DNA of 64,000 nucleotides from Bacteroidota bacterium (lineage in GTDB: Bacteria > Bacteroidota > Bacteroidia > Bacteroidales > JAADJA01), in the NCBI GenBank assembly GCA_020444515.1, contig JAHLKX010000003.1, positions 512,997 through 576,996 of the forward strand, in the 5' to 3' direction. The translations under genes and the position numbers were made by a program. The notes beneath the pieces are model-generated. The model was not told where the DNA came from. It saw nothing but the letters and a program-made list of their open reading frames with translations, and ran no database searches. Of the stretch, positions 1 through 8,509 are shown piece by piece (the first letter of the stretch is position 1; each line of letters starts with the position of its first letter).

Positions 1-3000
1 TATTTGATCAAAATGGGTCTCTTCTCGTGGGCACGGATCGGGGTGTGGATCGATTGAATCCTGAAAATAACACCTTTGAACAAATTGAACTAAAAACACG
101 AAATGCAGACTTCACAGGGGTTTCCGTATACACCCTTTATTTAGATATGGATGGAACCCTTTGGATTGGTACCGATAAGGGATTATTGCATAGCGATGCA
201 AAAGGTTCAATTGTCAGTCATTTTGAGCATCAACCCAAAAATAAGCGATCACTCAGCAACAATACCATCAATCAGGTGCTGAGGCTGAGTGATGGAACCC
301 TGGTGATCGCTACCAATGAGGGTCTCAATGTGTTCAATGATTCACTGCAAACTTTTACCCGCTATTTTTATAACCCCGAGGTAACAGAAAATCGCGAAAA
401 AAGCGAAATCCAGGCAATAGTTGAAGACAACAGGGGATATATTTGGATAGGTTCTTTTGGAGGTGGACTTTTAAAGACAAAACCAGGAACAGACAGATCA
501 GAGTTTTTCCTGTCGAATGCAGATAATCCGGAAAGCATTTCGAGCGATTATATCAATGCCCTTTATTTTGATGATGCAGGGATCATATGGATTGGTACCT
601 ACGGAGGAGGAATAAGTAAGATCGATCAGGTTCGCATCCGTTTTGAATCCATCCATCATGAATCCGGGAACGAAAATACACCATTAGGAAATGAAGTATA
701 TGCCATACACACCAATGAAAAATACCTTTTCTTAGGCACTGAAAAAGGGCTGAGCATTCGCGATCAAAGTACCGGTCGCTATTATCATTACAACGCATCA
801 TCAAGTCAGAACAAAAGCATTAGTGGATCAACCGTTTATAGCATTGAAGAAGACCATCTAGGAAATATTTGGGTCGGAACTGCCGGTAAGGGCTTAAACA
901 AAATGGTTCCGATTGACGGGGGCACTAAACCCTATAAAGTTGATACGGAATATAAAGTAACCACCGGTCATCATTCACTTATTGGGAACGAGATATTTTG
1001 TCTTTTGGAATCATCAGACAGCACATTGTGGGTAGGAACTAACAAGGGTATCAACCTAATTAAAAATGAAAAAATTATTGCCGGTTATGAATACAAACCG
1101 GATGACCAAAACACTATACCCGATGATGAAGTATATTCCCTGTATGAAGATCAAAATCATGAAATTTGGATTGGAACCTATCAGGGTCTCTGTCGTTTTG
1201 AAAAATCCGACAGTATATTCCTTCGGTTTGACGCTATCGAATCATTATCCAATTCCACGATTTATACCATCCTGCAGGATTCAGCAGGAATTTTTTGGTT
1301 GGGAACCGACAATGCAGGTTTGATCCGCTTTGAGCCTGAAAATAATGACCAGATCAAAATTTACAAAAGAGAGAACGGACTCCCTGACAATGTGATTTAT
1401 GGCATACTGGAGGATCAGGAAGGAAACCTTTGGATGAGTTCCAACAAGGGCATTTTTAAGTTGATGAAACAAATGGGTTCTGACAAGGTGACATTCCATA
1501 CATATAATGCTTCAAACTGGCTGCATACCGATGATTTCAATATAGGAGCCTACCATGAAGGCAAGGATGGAATGCTCTATTTTGGGAGTTTTGATGGGCT
1601 TACCTTTTTCCTGCCAGAAAATGTTAAGGGTAATGATTATGCTCCTCCCGTTCAGATTACCGGCTTCGAATTATTTTTTAAACCAGTCTCCATCTCGAAC
1701 GATGGAAGCACAGTTTTGTCGTCCAGTATTTCCGAAACTGAAAAGATTGAGCTCAAACACAATCAAAATGTTTTGAAATTTGAATTTGCTGCTCTCAATT
1801 TCATTGAGCCGGAAAAGAATATGTATGCATTCATGATGGAGAACCTGGAAAATGACTGGAACTATGCCAGGGGACAACGCGAAGCACAATACCTGTATTT
1901 GCCTCCCGGTAAATACCGGTTTCGTGTAAAAGCAGCCAATAATGATGGAAAATGGAATAACAAAGGAACGGCTATCGACATCATCATCAAACCACCTTTT
2001 TCCCAAACGATTTGGTTCTATATTATTCTCATTGGTGGATTGGCATTGATGATCTGGTGGGTCATGCACCTTCGAACCCGCCGGCTTAAAGTAATCCGTG
2101 ATCGACTAGAGGAACAGGTTCAAAAAAGAACTTTTGAACTAAGAGAATCCAACAAAAACCTCCAGGGTGAAATCAAGGAGCGTTTAAAGGTAGAAGAGGC
2201 ACTGAAAAAAAGTGAAGCACGATTCCGGCAATTGATTGATACAATGAATGAGGGATTTTCAGTACAGGATAAAGATGGAAAAATCAACTATGTTAATCCA
2301 CGACTATGTGAGATGTTTGGATATAAAGCCAGTGAAATCATCGGGCGTTATCCCACTGATTTTGTGGACAGGACTGATCCTCAAAACTTAAAAAAGTTTG
2401 CAGAAAATCGAGATATTGGTATTCAAAATGGAACCGTCGCATCTTACGAGTTAAAATGGCAACGAAAAGACGGAAGCATCTTTGAAACCGTGGTTTCTCC
2501 CAAACCCATCATTGATCCGCAGGAGGGATATACCGGAAGCGTGGCTGTTTTGACGGATATTACCGATCTGAAAAATGCTGAAAAAGAATTGCGTTCCAAA
2601 AATAAGGCACTCAACTCAGCACTGGACGATCTGCGCAAAACACAGGCTCAGCTCATCGATTCGGAGAAAATGGCTTCACTGGGTCAATTAACAGCAGGTG
2701 TGGCCCACGAAATCAATAACCCCATCAATTTTGTGAGTGGAAACGTTCAACCCCTGCGCCGCGATATACAGGACGTACTGGATGTCCTTCATCAATACGA
2801 CAGGATTATAGAAGCCCTCCATTTGGAGGATAAATTTGAAAAAATCGATCAACTTAAACAAGAGATTGATTTTGATTTTGTATTGAGTGAAATCAGTCAT
2901 TTGCTGGATGGGATAGGTGAAGGAGCCCAGCGAACAACAGAAATTGTAAAAGGATTGCGGAATTTTAGCCGGATGGATGAACACGAACTGAAATCAGCCA

Positions 3001-3434
3001 GTATCAATCAGGGCATCGAATCAACACTATTGATCCTGCATAATAAATTAAAGCAGCGGATTGAGGTCATCAAAGATTTCGGGAATTTGCCAGATATCAT
3101 GTGCTATCCGGGACAGCTTAACCAGGTATTTATGAACGTGATCAACAATGCACTGGAAGCCATAGAAGGAGAAGGAAAACTCATCATTCGTACATGGCAG
3201 GAAAAAGGATATATCAAAGTATCCATTAAAGATACGGGAAAAGGAATGCCGGAAAAGATCAAAAAGAAAATATTTGAGCCTTTCTTTACCACCAAGGAAG
3301 TAGGTAAAGGAACCGGGCTGGGTTTATCCATTAGTTTTGGGATCATCGAAAAGCACAAGGGTAGAATTGAGGTCAATTCCGAACCCGGAAAGGGCACTGA
3401 ATTTATTATGTTGATACCGGATAACCTGAATTAA
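1..3434 (+). CDS. Sensor histidine kinase: periplasmic beta-propeller repeats + Y_Y_Y domain, TM helix, coiled coil, PAS, DHp/HATPase. The 5' end lies upstream of the window.
   Basis: The frame stays open from nt 3 (FDQNGSLLVGTDRG). Repeated D..G.IWIGT..GL propeller motifs. Y_Y_Y-like KYRFRVKAANNDGKWN. TM IWFYIILIGGLALMIWWVMHL. PAS FRQLIDTMNEGFSVQD. H-box SEKMASLGQLTAGVAHEINNPINF. G-boxes DTGKGMP and GKGTGLGLSIS. No receiver or HTH domain. Confidence 0.9.
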   Translation, partial: FDQNGSLLVGTDRGVDRLNPENNTFEQIELKTRNADFTGVSVYTLYLDMDGTLWIGTDKGLLHSDAKGSIVSHFEHQPKNKRSLSNNTINQVLRLSDGTLVIATNEGLNVFNDSLQTFTRYFYNPEVTENREKSEIQAIVEDNRGYIWIGSFGGGLLKTKPGTDRSEFFLSNADNPESISSDYINALYFDDAGIIWIGTYGGGISKIDQVRIRFESIHHESGNENTPLGNEVYAIHTNEKYLFLGTEKGLSIRDQSTGRYYHYNASSSQNKSISGSTVYSIEEDHLGNIWVGTAGKGLNKMVPIDGGTKPYKVDTEYKVTTGHHSLIGNEIFCLLESSDSTLWVGTNKGINLIKNEKIIAGYEYKPDDQNTIPDDEVYSLYEDQNHEIWIGTYQGLCRFEKSDSIFLRFDAIESLSNSTIYTILQDSAGIFWLGTDNAGLIRFEPENNDQIKIYKRENGLPDNVIYGILEDQEGNLWMSSNKGIFKLMKQMGSDKVTFHTYNASNWLHTDDFNIGAYHEGKDGMLYFGSFDGLTFFLPENVKGNDYAPPVQITGFELFFKPVSISNDGSTVLSSSISETEKIELKHNQNVLKFEFAALNFIEPEKNMYAFMMENLENDWNYARGQREAQYLYLPPGKYRFRVKAANNDGKWNNKGTAIDIIIKPPFSQTIWFYIILIGGLALMIWWVMHLRTRRLKVIRDRLEEQVQKRTFELRESNKNLQGEIKERLKVEEALKKSEARFRQLIDTMNEGFSVQDKDGKINYVNPRLCEMFGYKASEIIGRYPTDFVDRTDPQNLKKFAENRDIGIQNGTVASYELKWQRKDGSIFETVVSPKPIIDPQEGYTGSVAVLTDITDLKNAEKELRSKNKALNSALDDLRKTQAQLIDSEKMASLGQLTAGVAHEINNPINFVSGNVQPLRRDIQDVLDVLHQYDRIIEALHLEDKFEKIDQLKQEIDFDFVLSEISHLLDGIGEGAQRTTEIVKGLRNFSRMDEHELKSASINQGIESTLLILHNKLKQRIEVIKDFGNLPDIMCYPGQLNQVFMNVINNALEAIEGEGKLIIRTWQEKGYIKVSIKDTGKGMPEKIKKKIFEPFFTTKEVGKGTGLGLSISFGIIEKHKGRIEVNSEPGKGTEFIMLIPDNLN

Positions 3435-3446
3435 ATACAATGTGAT

Positions 3447-4874
3447 ATGCTTAGAGATTTGTGGAAATTTATAACCCATATTGGAATTCATGACCAGATG
3501 TCGGTTTTTGATGAAAAAGCCATTAAGCTTATCAACCAGGTGAGTTTTGCAATGGTTTTTTGGTTTTTCCTCGTCGTTATTGCAGGCCTTTTTCATTTCG
3601 ACCGGTATGGTTTTGCAGTTTCACTGGCCAATGTATTACTGTTTGGTAGTGTTTTAGTAGTCAACTCTTTCAGAAACCTTGCCTTCAGTAAAAACTATTT
3701 TATGTTGTTTGGCCTGACCATGGTCACTTTTGTAAACCTTGCTTTCAATAGCTCAAATCTACCGATGGTGCAATTTGTTACTACCTCTCTTTTTCCGGTG
3801 CTGATCTTTCGGAATAATAAAAACGTTCTGGCCTATTTATTCGCAAATTTTTTACTTTTCCTTTTTGTTATGTACTATCATCAAAATTACGAACCATTAA
3901 TTCATGCAGTACACAAGGATACTATTTTGGCACCCTATTATAGTGTAATGATTATCATGATCGTTGCATTTCTTATTGCCTTCTTCTTCCGCAATGTGGG
4001 TGATGATTTGGAGCGAAAACTGGTACAAAAAAATAACTACCTCAATGACTTGATCAACAAAATGAAAACCATGCAGGAGCAGATGATCAATTCGGAAAAA
4101 ATGGCCAGTCTTGGACAGTTAACAGCCGGAATAGCCCACGAGATCAACAATCCGATCAACTTTGTTTCATCCAATATCAGCCCACTAAAAACCGACCTGA
4201 TCGAATTAAAGGAATTGTGTAAACAATATAAAAATCTACACAATGCAAAAGATCCGTCTGAAGAATTGAAAAAAATTGAGGGATACAGTTCAAAGATCGA
4301 TCCCGAATACCTCTATCAGGAAATTGAAACCCTCATCAGTGGTATCGAAGAAGGTGCCGGCAGGACCAAACAAATTGTTTTGGGTTTGAGAAGTTTTTCA
4401 AGGGTTGATGAAGATGAATTTAAGAAAGCTGATTTACATGAAGGACTTGAATCAACGCTGATGTTGCTTAAAAATAAATTAAAGAACCGGATAGAATTAA
4501 TCAAAGACTATGGCGAACTTCCGGAAATTGAATGCATTCCCGGAAAGATCAACCAGGTTTTCATGAACATACTGAACAATGCTGCTGAGGCCATTCCTGA
4601 TAAGGGAACTTTATGGATCACCACACGTAATCATCCGAAAAAAAATTCAATTGCCATATCCATTCGCGACAATGGGCCGGGGATGAAGGAAAGTGTTCGG
4701 AGAAGGATATTTGAACCCTTTTTTACAACAAAAGCCATCGGTAAAGGAACCGGACTCGGGTTATCCATTTCTTATGGTATCATTGAAAAACATAATGGGA
4801 ATATCGAGGTCATCAGCCAACCAAATAAAGGAGCTGAATTTATTATAACTTTACCGGTAGTTCAAAATATATAA
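3447..4874 (+). CDS. Membrane sensor histidine kinase (polytopic N-terminal domain + DHp/HATPase)
   Basis: About 6 hydrophobic segments in the first 190 aa. The H-box SEKMASLGQLTAGIAHEINNPINF is nearly identical to that of the upstream kinase. N-box MNILNNAAEA. G-boxes DNGPGM and GKGTGLGLSIS. Starts 12 nt after the upstream stop. Confidence 0.88.
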   Translation: MLRDLWKFITHIGIHDQMSVFDEKAIKLINQVSFAMVFWFFLVVIAGLFHFDRYGFAVSLANVLLFGSVLVVNSFRNLAFSKNYFMLFGLTMVTFVNLAFNSSNLPMVQFVTTSLFPVLIFRNNKNVLAYLFANFLLFLFVMYYHQNYEPLIHAVHKDTILAPYYSVMIIMIVAFLIAFFFRNVGDDLERKLVQKNNYLNDLINKMKTMQEQMINSEKMASLGQLTAGIAHEINNPINFVSSNISPLKTDLIELKELCKQYKNLHNAKDPSEELKKIEGYSSKIDPEYLYQEIETLISGIEEGAGRTKQIVLGLRSFSRVDEDEFKKADLHEGLESTLMLLKNKLKNRIELIKDYGELPEIECIPGKINQVFMNILNNAAEAIPDKGTLWITTRNHPKKNSIAISIRDNGPGMKESVRRRIFEPFFTTKAIGKGTGLGLSISYGIIEKHNGNIEVISQPNKGAEFIITLPVVQNI

Positions 4875-4886
4875 TCATACTAAACC

Positions 4887-5837
4887 GTGGAAAAGAAAGA
4901 ATTCACCATATTGTATGTCGACGATGAGGTTAACAACTTAATCTCGTTCAGGGCTACCTTCCGGCGTGAATATAAAGTGCTCACGGCTCAGGACGGACCG
5001 GAAGGATTACAGGTACTGACGGATAATGAAGTGCATCTGGTCCTCTCTGATCAGCGCATGCCAGGCATGACGGGAGTAGAATTTCTGGAGATTGTGAATC
5101 ATCAGTTTCCCGAAACCATACGGATGATCATTACAGGTTTCAGTGATATTGATGCAGTCATTGGCTCAATCAATAAGGGTGGAGTTTACCGATACATTGC
5201 CAAACCCTGGGATGAGCGGGAAATGCGCATGACCATTGAAAATGCACGTCAACTTTTCGGATTGCAGGAAGAAAATATCATTTCCCAGTTCGAAACACTG
5301 AAATCCCAGGTAAACCCGCATTTTTTGTTTAACAGCCTGAATGTTTTATCATCGCTTATTTTCATCGACCAGGAAAAAGCAGCCAGGTTTGTCCGGCAAT
5401 TATCAAAGGTATATCGTTATGTTTTGGATCACAAAGATCTGGATACCATTTCTCTGGAAGAAGAACTACCGTTCATTGAATCCTATATATATTTACTGAA
5501 AACCCGTTTTGATCAAAACCTTCAGGTAGAAATGGATATTCCACAAAAAATGCAACATTATAAAGTGGCACCCATGGTTATACAGTTGCTGGTTGAGAAT
5601 GCTATCAAACACAATGTCATTTCCAGGGGCAAACCCCTCAAGGTGACCTTATCTACCCATGAGCATGAGGGTTACCTTACCGTTCGCAATAACCTTCAGC
5701 TTAAGTCAAGTACCGAACGCTCATCGCAGATCGGACTCACCAATATCCGGAAACGTTATGACTATCTTTCCGGAAAAAAAATTGAAATTATCAACGACCA
5801 TGAATATTTTACGGTAAAAATTCCATTATTGGATTAA
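4887..5837 (+). CDS. Receiver domain fused to a LytS-family (His_kinase/GHKL) histidine kinase core, no TM segments
   Basis: GTG start gives MEKKEF, which matches the paralog MEKKDF at 6629. REC with DDE..., phospho-Asp in LSDQRMPGMTG, and KPW. LytS-type H-box QVNPHFLFNSLN (His codon 5319-5321). N-box LLVENAIKHN. GLTNIRKRY. Confidence 0.85.
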   Translation: MEKKEFTILYVDDEVNNLISFRATFRREYKVLTAQDGPEGLQVLTDNEVHLVLSDQRMPGMTGVEFLEIVNHQFPETIRMIITGFSDIDAVIGSINKGGVYRYIAKPWDEREMRMTIENARQLFGLQEENIISQFETLKSQVNPHFLFNSLNVLSSLIFIDQEKAARFVRQLSKVYRYVLDHKDLDTISLEEELPFIESYIYLLKTRFDQNLQVEMDIPQKMQHYKVAPMVIQLLVENAIKHNVISRGKPLKVTLSTHEHEGYLTVRNNLQLKSSTERSSQIGLTNIRKRYDYLSGKKIEIINDHEYFTVKIPLLD

Positions 5838-5848
5838 AATCTTAAACC

Positions 5849-6607
5849 ATGAATGTACTGATTATTGAAGACGAACCTTTTGCACAACAGGAATTGATCC
5901 GATTGCTGAAACGCATCAATCGTGAAATCCATGTAATGGCATGCCTTGATTCGGTAGAAGAGAGTGTTAAATGGCTGATCAACAGTGAAAAGCCTGATTT
6001 GATTTTTATGGATATTCAGTTGTCTGATGGACTGAGTTTCGAAATTTTTGAACAAACAACCGTTTCAACACCGGTGATCTTCACTACGGCATTTGATGAT
6101 TATGCCATCAGGGCATTTAAGGTGAATAGCATCGATTACCTCCTCAAACCCATTGAAGAAGAAGAGCTGGAGCGTGCCATTGAAAAATTTCAGAAAAGTC
6201 ATACCGATGGTGATGGATATTTTAGTAAGCAACAACTGGAAGAAGTGCTGGGTTTGTATCGTCCGGCTTATAAATCCAGACTGGTTGTAAAACTTGGTGA
6301 TAAGATCAGACATATTGAAGCCAAAGACATCGCCTTTTTTTTCTCTGAAGATAAAGTATCCTTCCTGATTACCAATGAAAGCAAAAAATATATCATTAAT
6401 TATACCCTTGAGCAGATTGAAAAATTTATGAATCCAGCCGATTTTTACAGGCTAAACAGGAAGTATATCGCTCATATCAATGCCATTGAATCCATTGACA
6501 AATATTTCAACAGCAGGCTGAAGATCGGGCTGAAGCCCGAAGTTGAGGATGATGTGCTCATCAGCCGTACCAAAGTAGCTGATTTTCTCAACTGGTTGGA
6601 ACGTTAA
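5849..6607 (+). CDS. LytR/AlgR-family response regulator (REC + LytTR DNA-binding domain)
   Basis: REC with IIEDEP, FMDIQLSDG, TTAFDDYAIRAFKVNSIDYLLKP. The C-terminal LytTR pattern (YRLNRKYIAHINAI, ISRTKV) is highly similar to the ORF at 15924-16694. Confidence 0.9.
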   Translation: MNVLIIEDEPFAQQELIRLLKRINREIHVMACLDSVEESVKWLINSEKPDLIFMDIQLSDGLSFEIFEQTTVSTPVIFTTAFDDYAIRAFKVNSIDYLLKPIEEEELERAIEKFQKSHTDGDGYFSKQQLEEVLGLYRPAYKSRLVVKLGDKIRHIEAKDIAFFFSEDKVSFLITNESKKYIINYTLEQIEKFMNPADFYRLNRKYIAHINAIESIDKYFNSRLKIGLKPEVEDDVLISRTKVADFLNWLER

Positions 6608-6628
6608 TTAATCTATAATAGATAAAAA

Positions 6629-7723
6629 ATGGAAAAGAAAGACTTTAATATACTCTATGTTGATGACGAAGAACAAAACCTCTTCTCTTTCAAAGCTACC
6701 TTTCGTCGAGAATACAATGTTTATACAGCCATTAGCGGTAAAGAGGGAATGGAGATCATGCACAACAATGATATTCATCTGATCATTACTGATCAGCGGA
6801 TGCCTGAAATGACCGGCATACAGTTTCTGGAAAAGATACTACCGGTTTATCCCGATCCCATTCGCATGATTCTGACAGGTTTCAGTGATGTTGAGGCGAT
6901 CATCGAAGCGATCAATACAGGACGGGTATTCCGGTATATCACCAAACCATGGGATGAACGGGAATTGAGGATGACCATTGAGAATGCCAGGCAAATTTAT
7001 AACCTGCAATCACGGAACAAATCACTTGTTTCACAACTCCAACAGAAAGTTGAGGAACAAGAAAAGACATTAAAATTATTTATGAAATATGTCCCTGAAC
7101 AGGTGGTACAAAAATCGCTTAGCCAGAAAGAAGGATCTATATTCGAAGGGGATTCTCGCGAAGTAGCAGTTCTGTTTTGCGACATCAGGGGTTTTACACC
7201 CATGAGTGAAGAATTGACACCACCCGAAGTTGTTAATTTCCTGAATGACTATTATGGATTAATGACACGCATTATCAAACGGCACAATGGAACCGTTACC
7301 CAATTTGTAGGTGATGAAATATTTGCCACATTCGGGGCTCCCATGGTTCAGGAAAACAATGAAGAACTGGCTGTTTTTTCTGCCATCGAGATGATTGAGG
7401 CATTGGTCGAACTGAATCAGAAATATGAAGGAAAACTCAAACATGAAATCCAGGTAGGCATCGGTATCAACTATGGCGAAGTGGTCATGGGGAATGTTGG
7501 TTCAGAAGACCGGATTGAGTTTGCCATAACCGGTGATACCGTCAATACGGGTAAACGGATTGAAATGCTGACCAAAGAGTTTCCAAACTTGATACTGATC
7601 CGCGATCGGGTGTTTGACAAAACGAAAAACCTGATTGAAGCCAGGGAATGGGAAGCGGTAAATGTGAAAGGAAAGCGTGATAAGATAAAGGTTTATGAAG
7701 TGATCAGCAGAAAAAACAGTTAA
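6629..7723 (+). CDS. Receiver domain fused to a class III nucleotidyl (adenylate/guanylate-type) cyclase domain
   Basis: The REC is paralogous to the 4887 ORF (ITDQRMPEMTG, KPWDEREL). Cyclase motifs: VLFCDIRGFT, FVGDEIFATFG, GIGINYGEVVMGNVGS, ITGDTVNTGKRIE. Confidence 0.88.
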   Translation: MEKKDFNILYVDDEEQNLFSFKATFRREYNVYTAISGKEGMEIMHNNDIHLIITDQRMPEMTGIQFLEKILPVYPDPIRMILTGFSDVEAIIEAINTGRVFRYITKPWDERELRMTIENARQIYNLQSRNKSLVSQLQQKVEEQEKTLKLFMKYVPEQVVQKSLSQKEGSIFEGDSREVAVLFCDIRGFTPMSEELTPPEVVNFLNDYYGLMTRIIKRHNGTVTQFVGDEIFATFGAPMVQENNEELAVFSAIEMIEALVELNQKYEGKLKHEIQVGIGINYGEVVMGNVGSEDRIEFAITGDTVNTGKRIEMLTKEFPNLILIRDRVFDKTKNLIEAREWEAVNVKGKRDKIKVYEVISRKNS

Positions 7724-7810
7724 CATGATTTTGAGACGCTTATCATGACATTTCAGTCGTTAAATATTAAAGTTCATCCAAAACTACGATGTGATCCAAG
7801 TTCAGGATTT

Positions 7811-7818
7811 TATATTTG
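7811..7818 (+). promoter_or_regulatory. Bacteroidota-type -7 promoter box TATATTTG
   Basis: Matches TAnnTTTG, 24 nt upstream of the ATG at 7843. Confidence 0.45.
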
Positions 7819-7842
7819 TAAACTAATTAAAAAGCACGTTTC

Positions 7843-8502
7843 ATGAGGAGGTTGATATTCATCCTGTTAATTTTACCTGGGCTGATGGTTATGGCACAGG
7901 AAGAGGAATTCAAAACAATTTTTGGTTCAGACTATTCATCTGGAGGCTATGGAGCCCCCGAACTTAAACTCGGAAATGTAAATCATAATATGAGTTTACT
8001 TTTGGGAGGACGGGGTGGCTGGATCATTGGTCACCGTTTTGTATTGGGAGGCGCCGGATATGGCCTCACCACAAGCAATACATTTGATTATACTGAAAAA
8101 TTATACAATGCCAATGGCAGCCTGATCGACTCTACAAGGAACCTTAGGCTTGACATGGGATATGGGGGTGTTTTACTGGAATATATTGCTTTCCCAAAAA
8201 AAGCAATACACCTTTCCTTTCCGTTGATCATTGGCGCTGGCGGCGCTTCTATCGGTTCACAGATCAATCAAGATCCCAACCAGTTGGATCCGGTAGAATG
8301 GACTACTTATGATTATGTGGAAAGTTCTGCATTTTTCATTGTTGAACCCGGAATCAGTCTCGAAATGAATATGACCAAATTTTTCAGGTTGAACCTTGGG
8401 GCAACCTATCGTTTTATTTCCGGTACGACCCTTCAACGAATGGATAGCAATGATCTTTCTGACCTGTCATTCAGCCTGGCGCTGAAGTTCGGAGCATTTT
8501 GA
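7843..8502 (+). CDS. Small secreted Gly-rich protein, probable outer-membrane beta-barrel
   Basis: Signal peptide MRRLIFILLILPGLMVMAQ. Alternating hydrophobic pattern. C-terminal LALKFGAF ends in Phe as in OMPs. No family recognised. Confidence 0.6.
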   Translation: MRRLIFILLILPGLMVMAQEEEFKTIFGSDYSSGGYGAPELKLGNVNHNMSLLLGGRGGWIIGHRFVLGGAGYGLTTSNTFDYTEKLYNANGSLIDSTRNLRLDMGYGGVLLEYIAFPKKAIHLSFPLIIGAGGASIGSQINQDPNQLDPVEWTTYDYVESSAFFIVEPGISLEMNMTKFFRLNLGATYRFISGTTLQRMDSNDLSDLSFSLALKFGAF

Positions 8503-8509
8503 CAGCATC

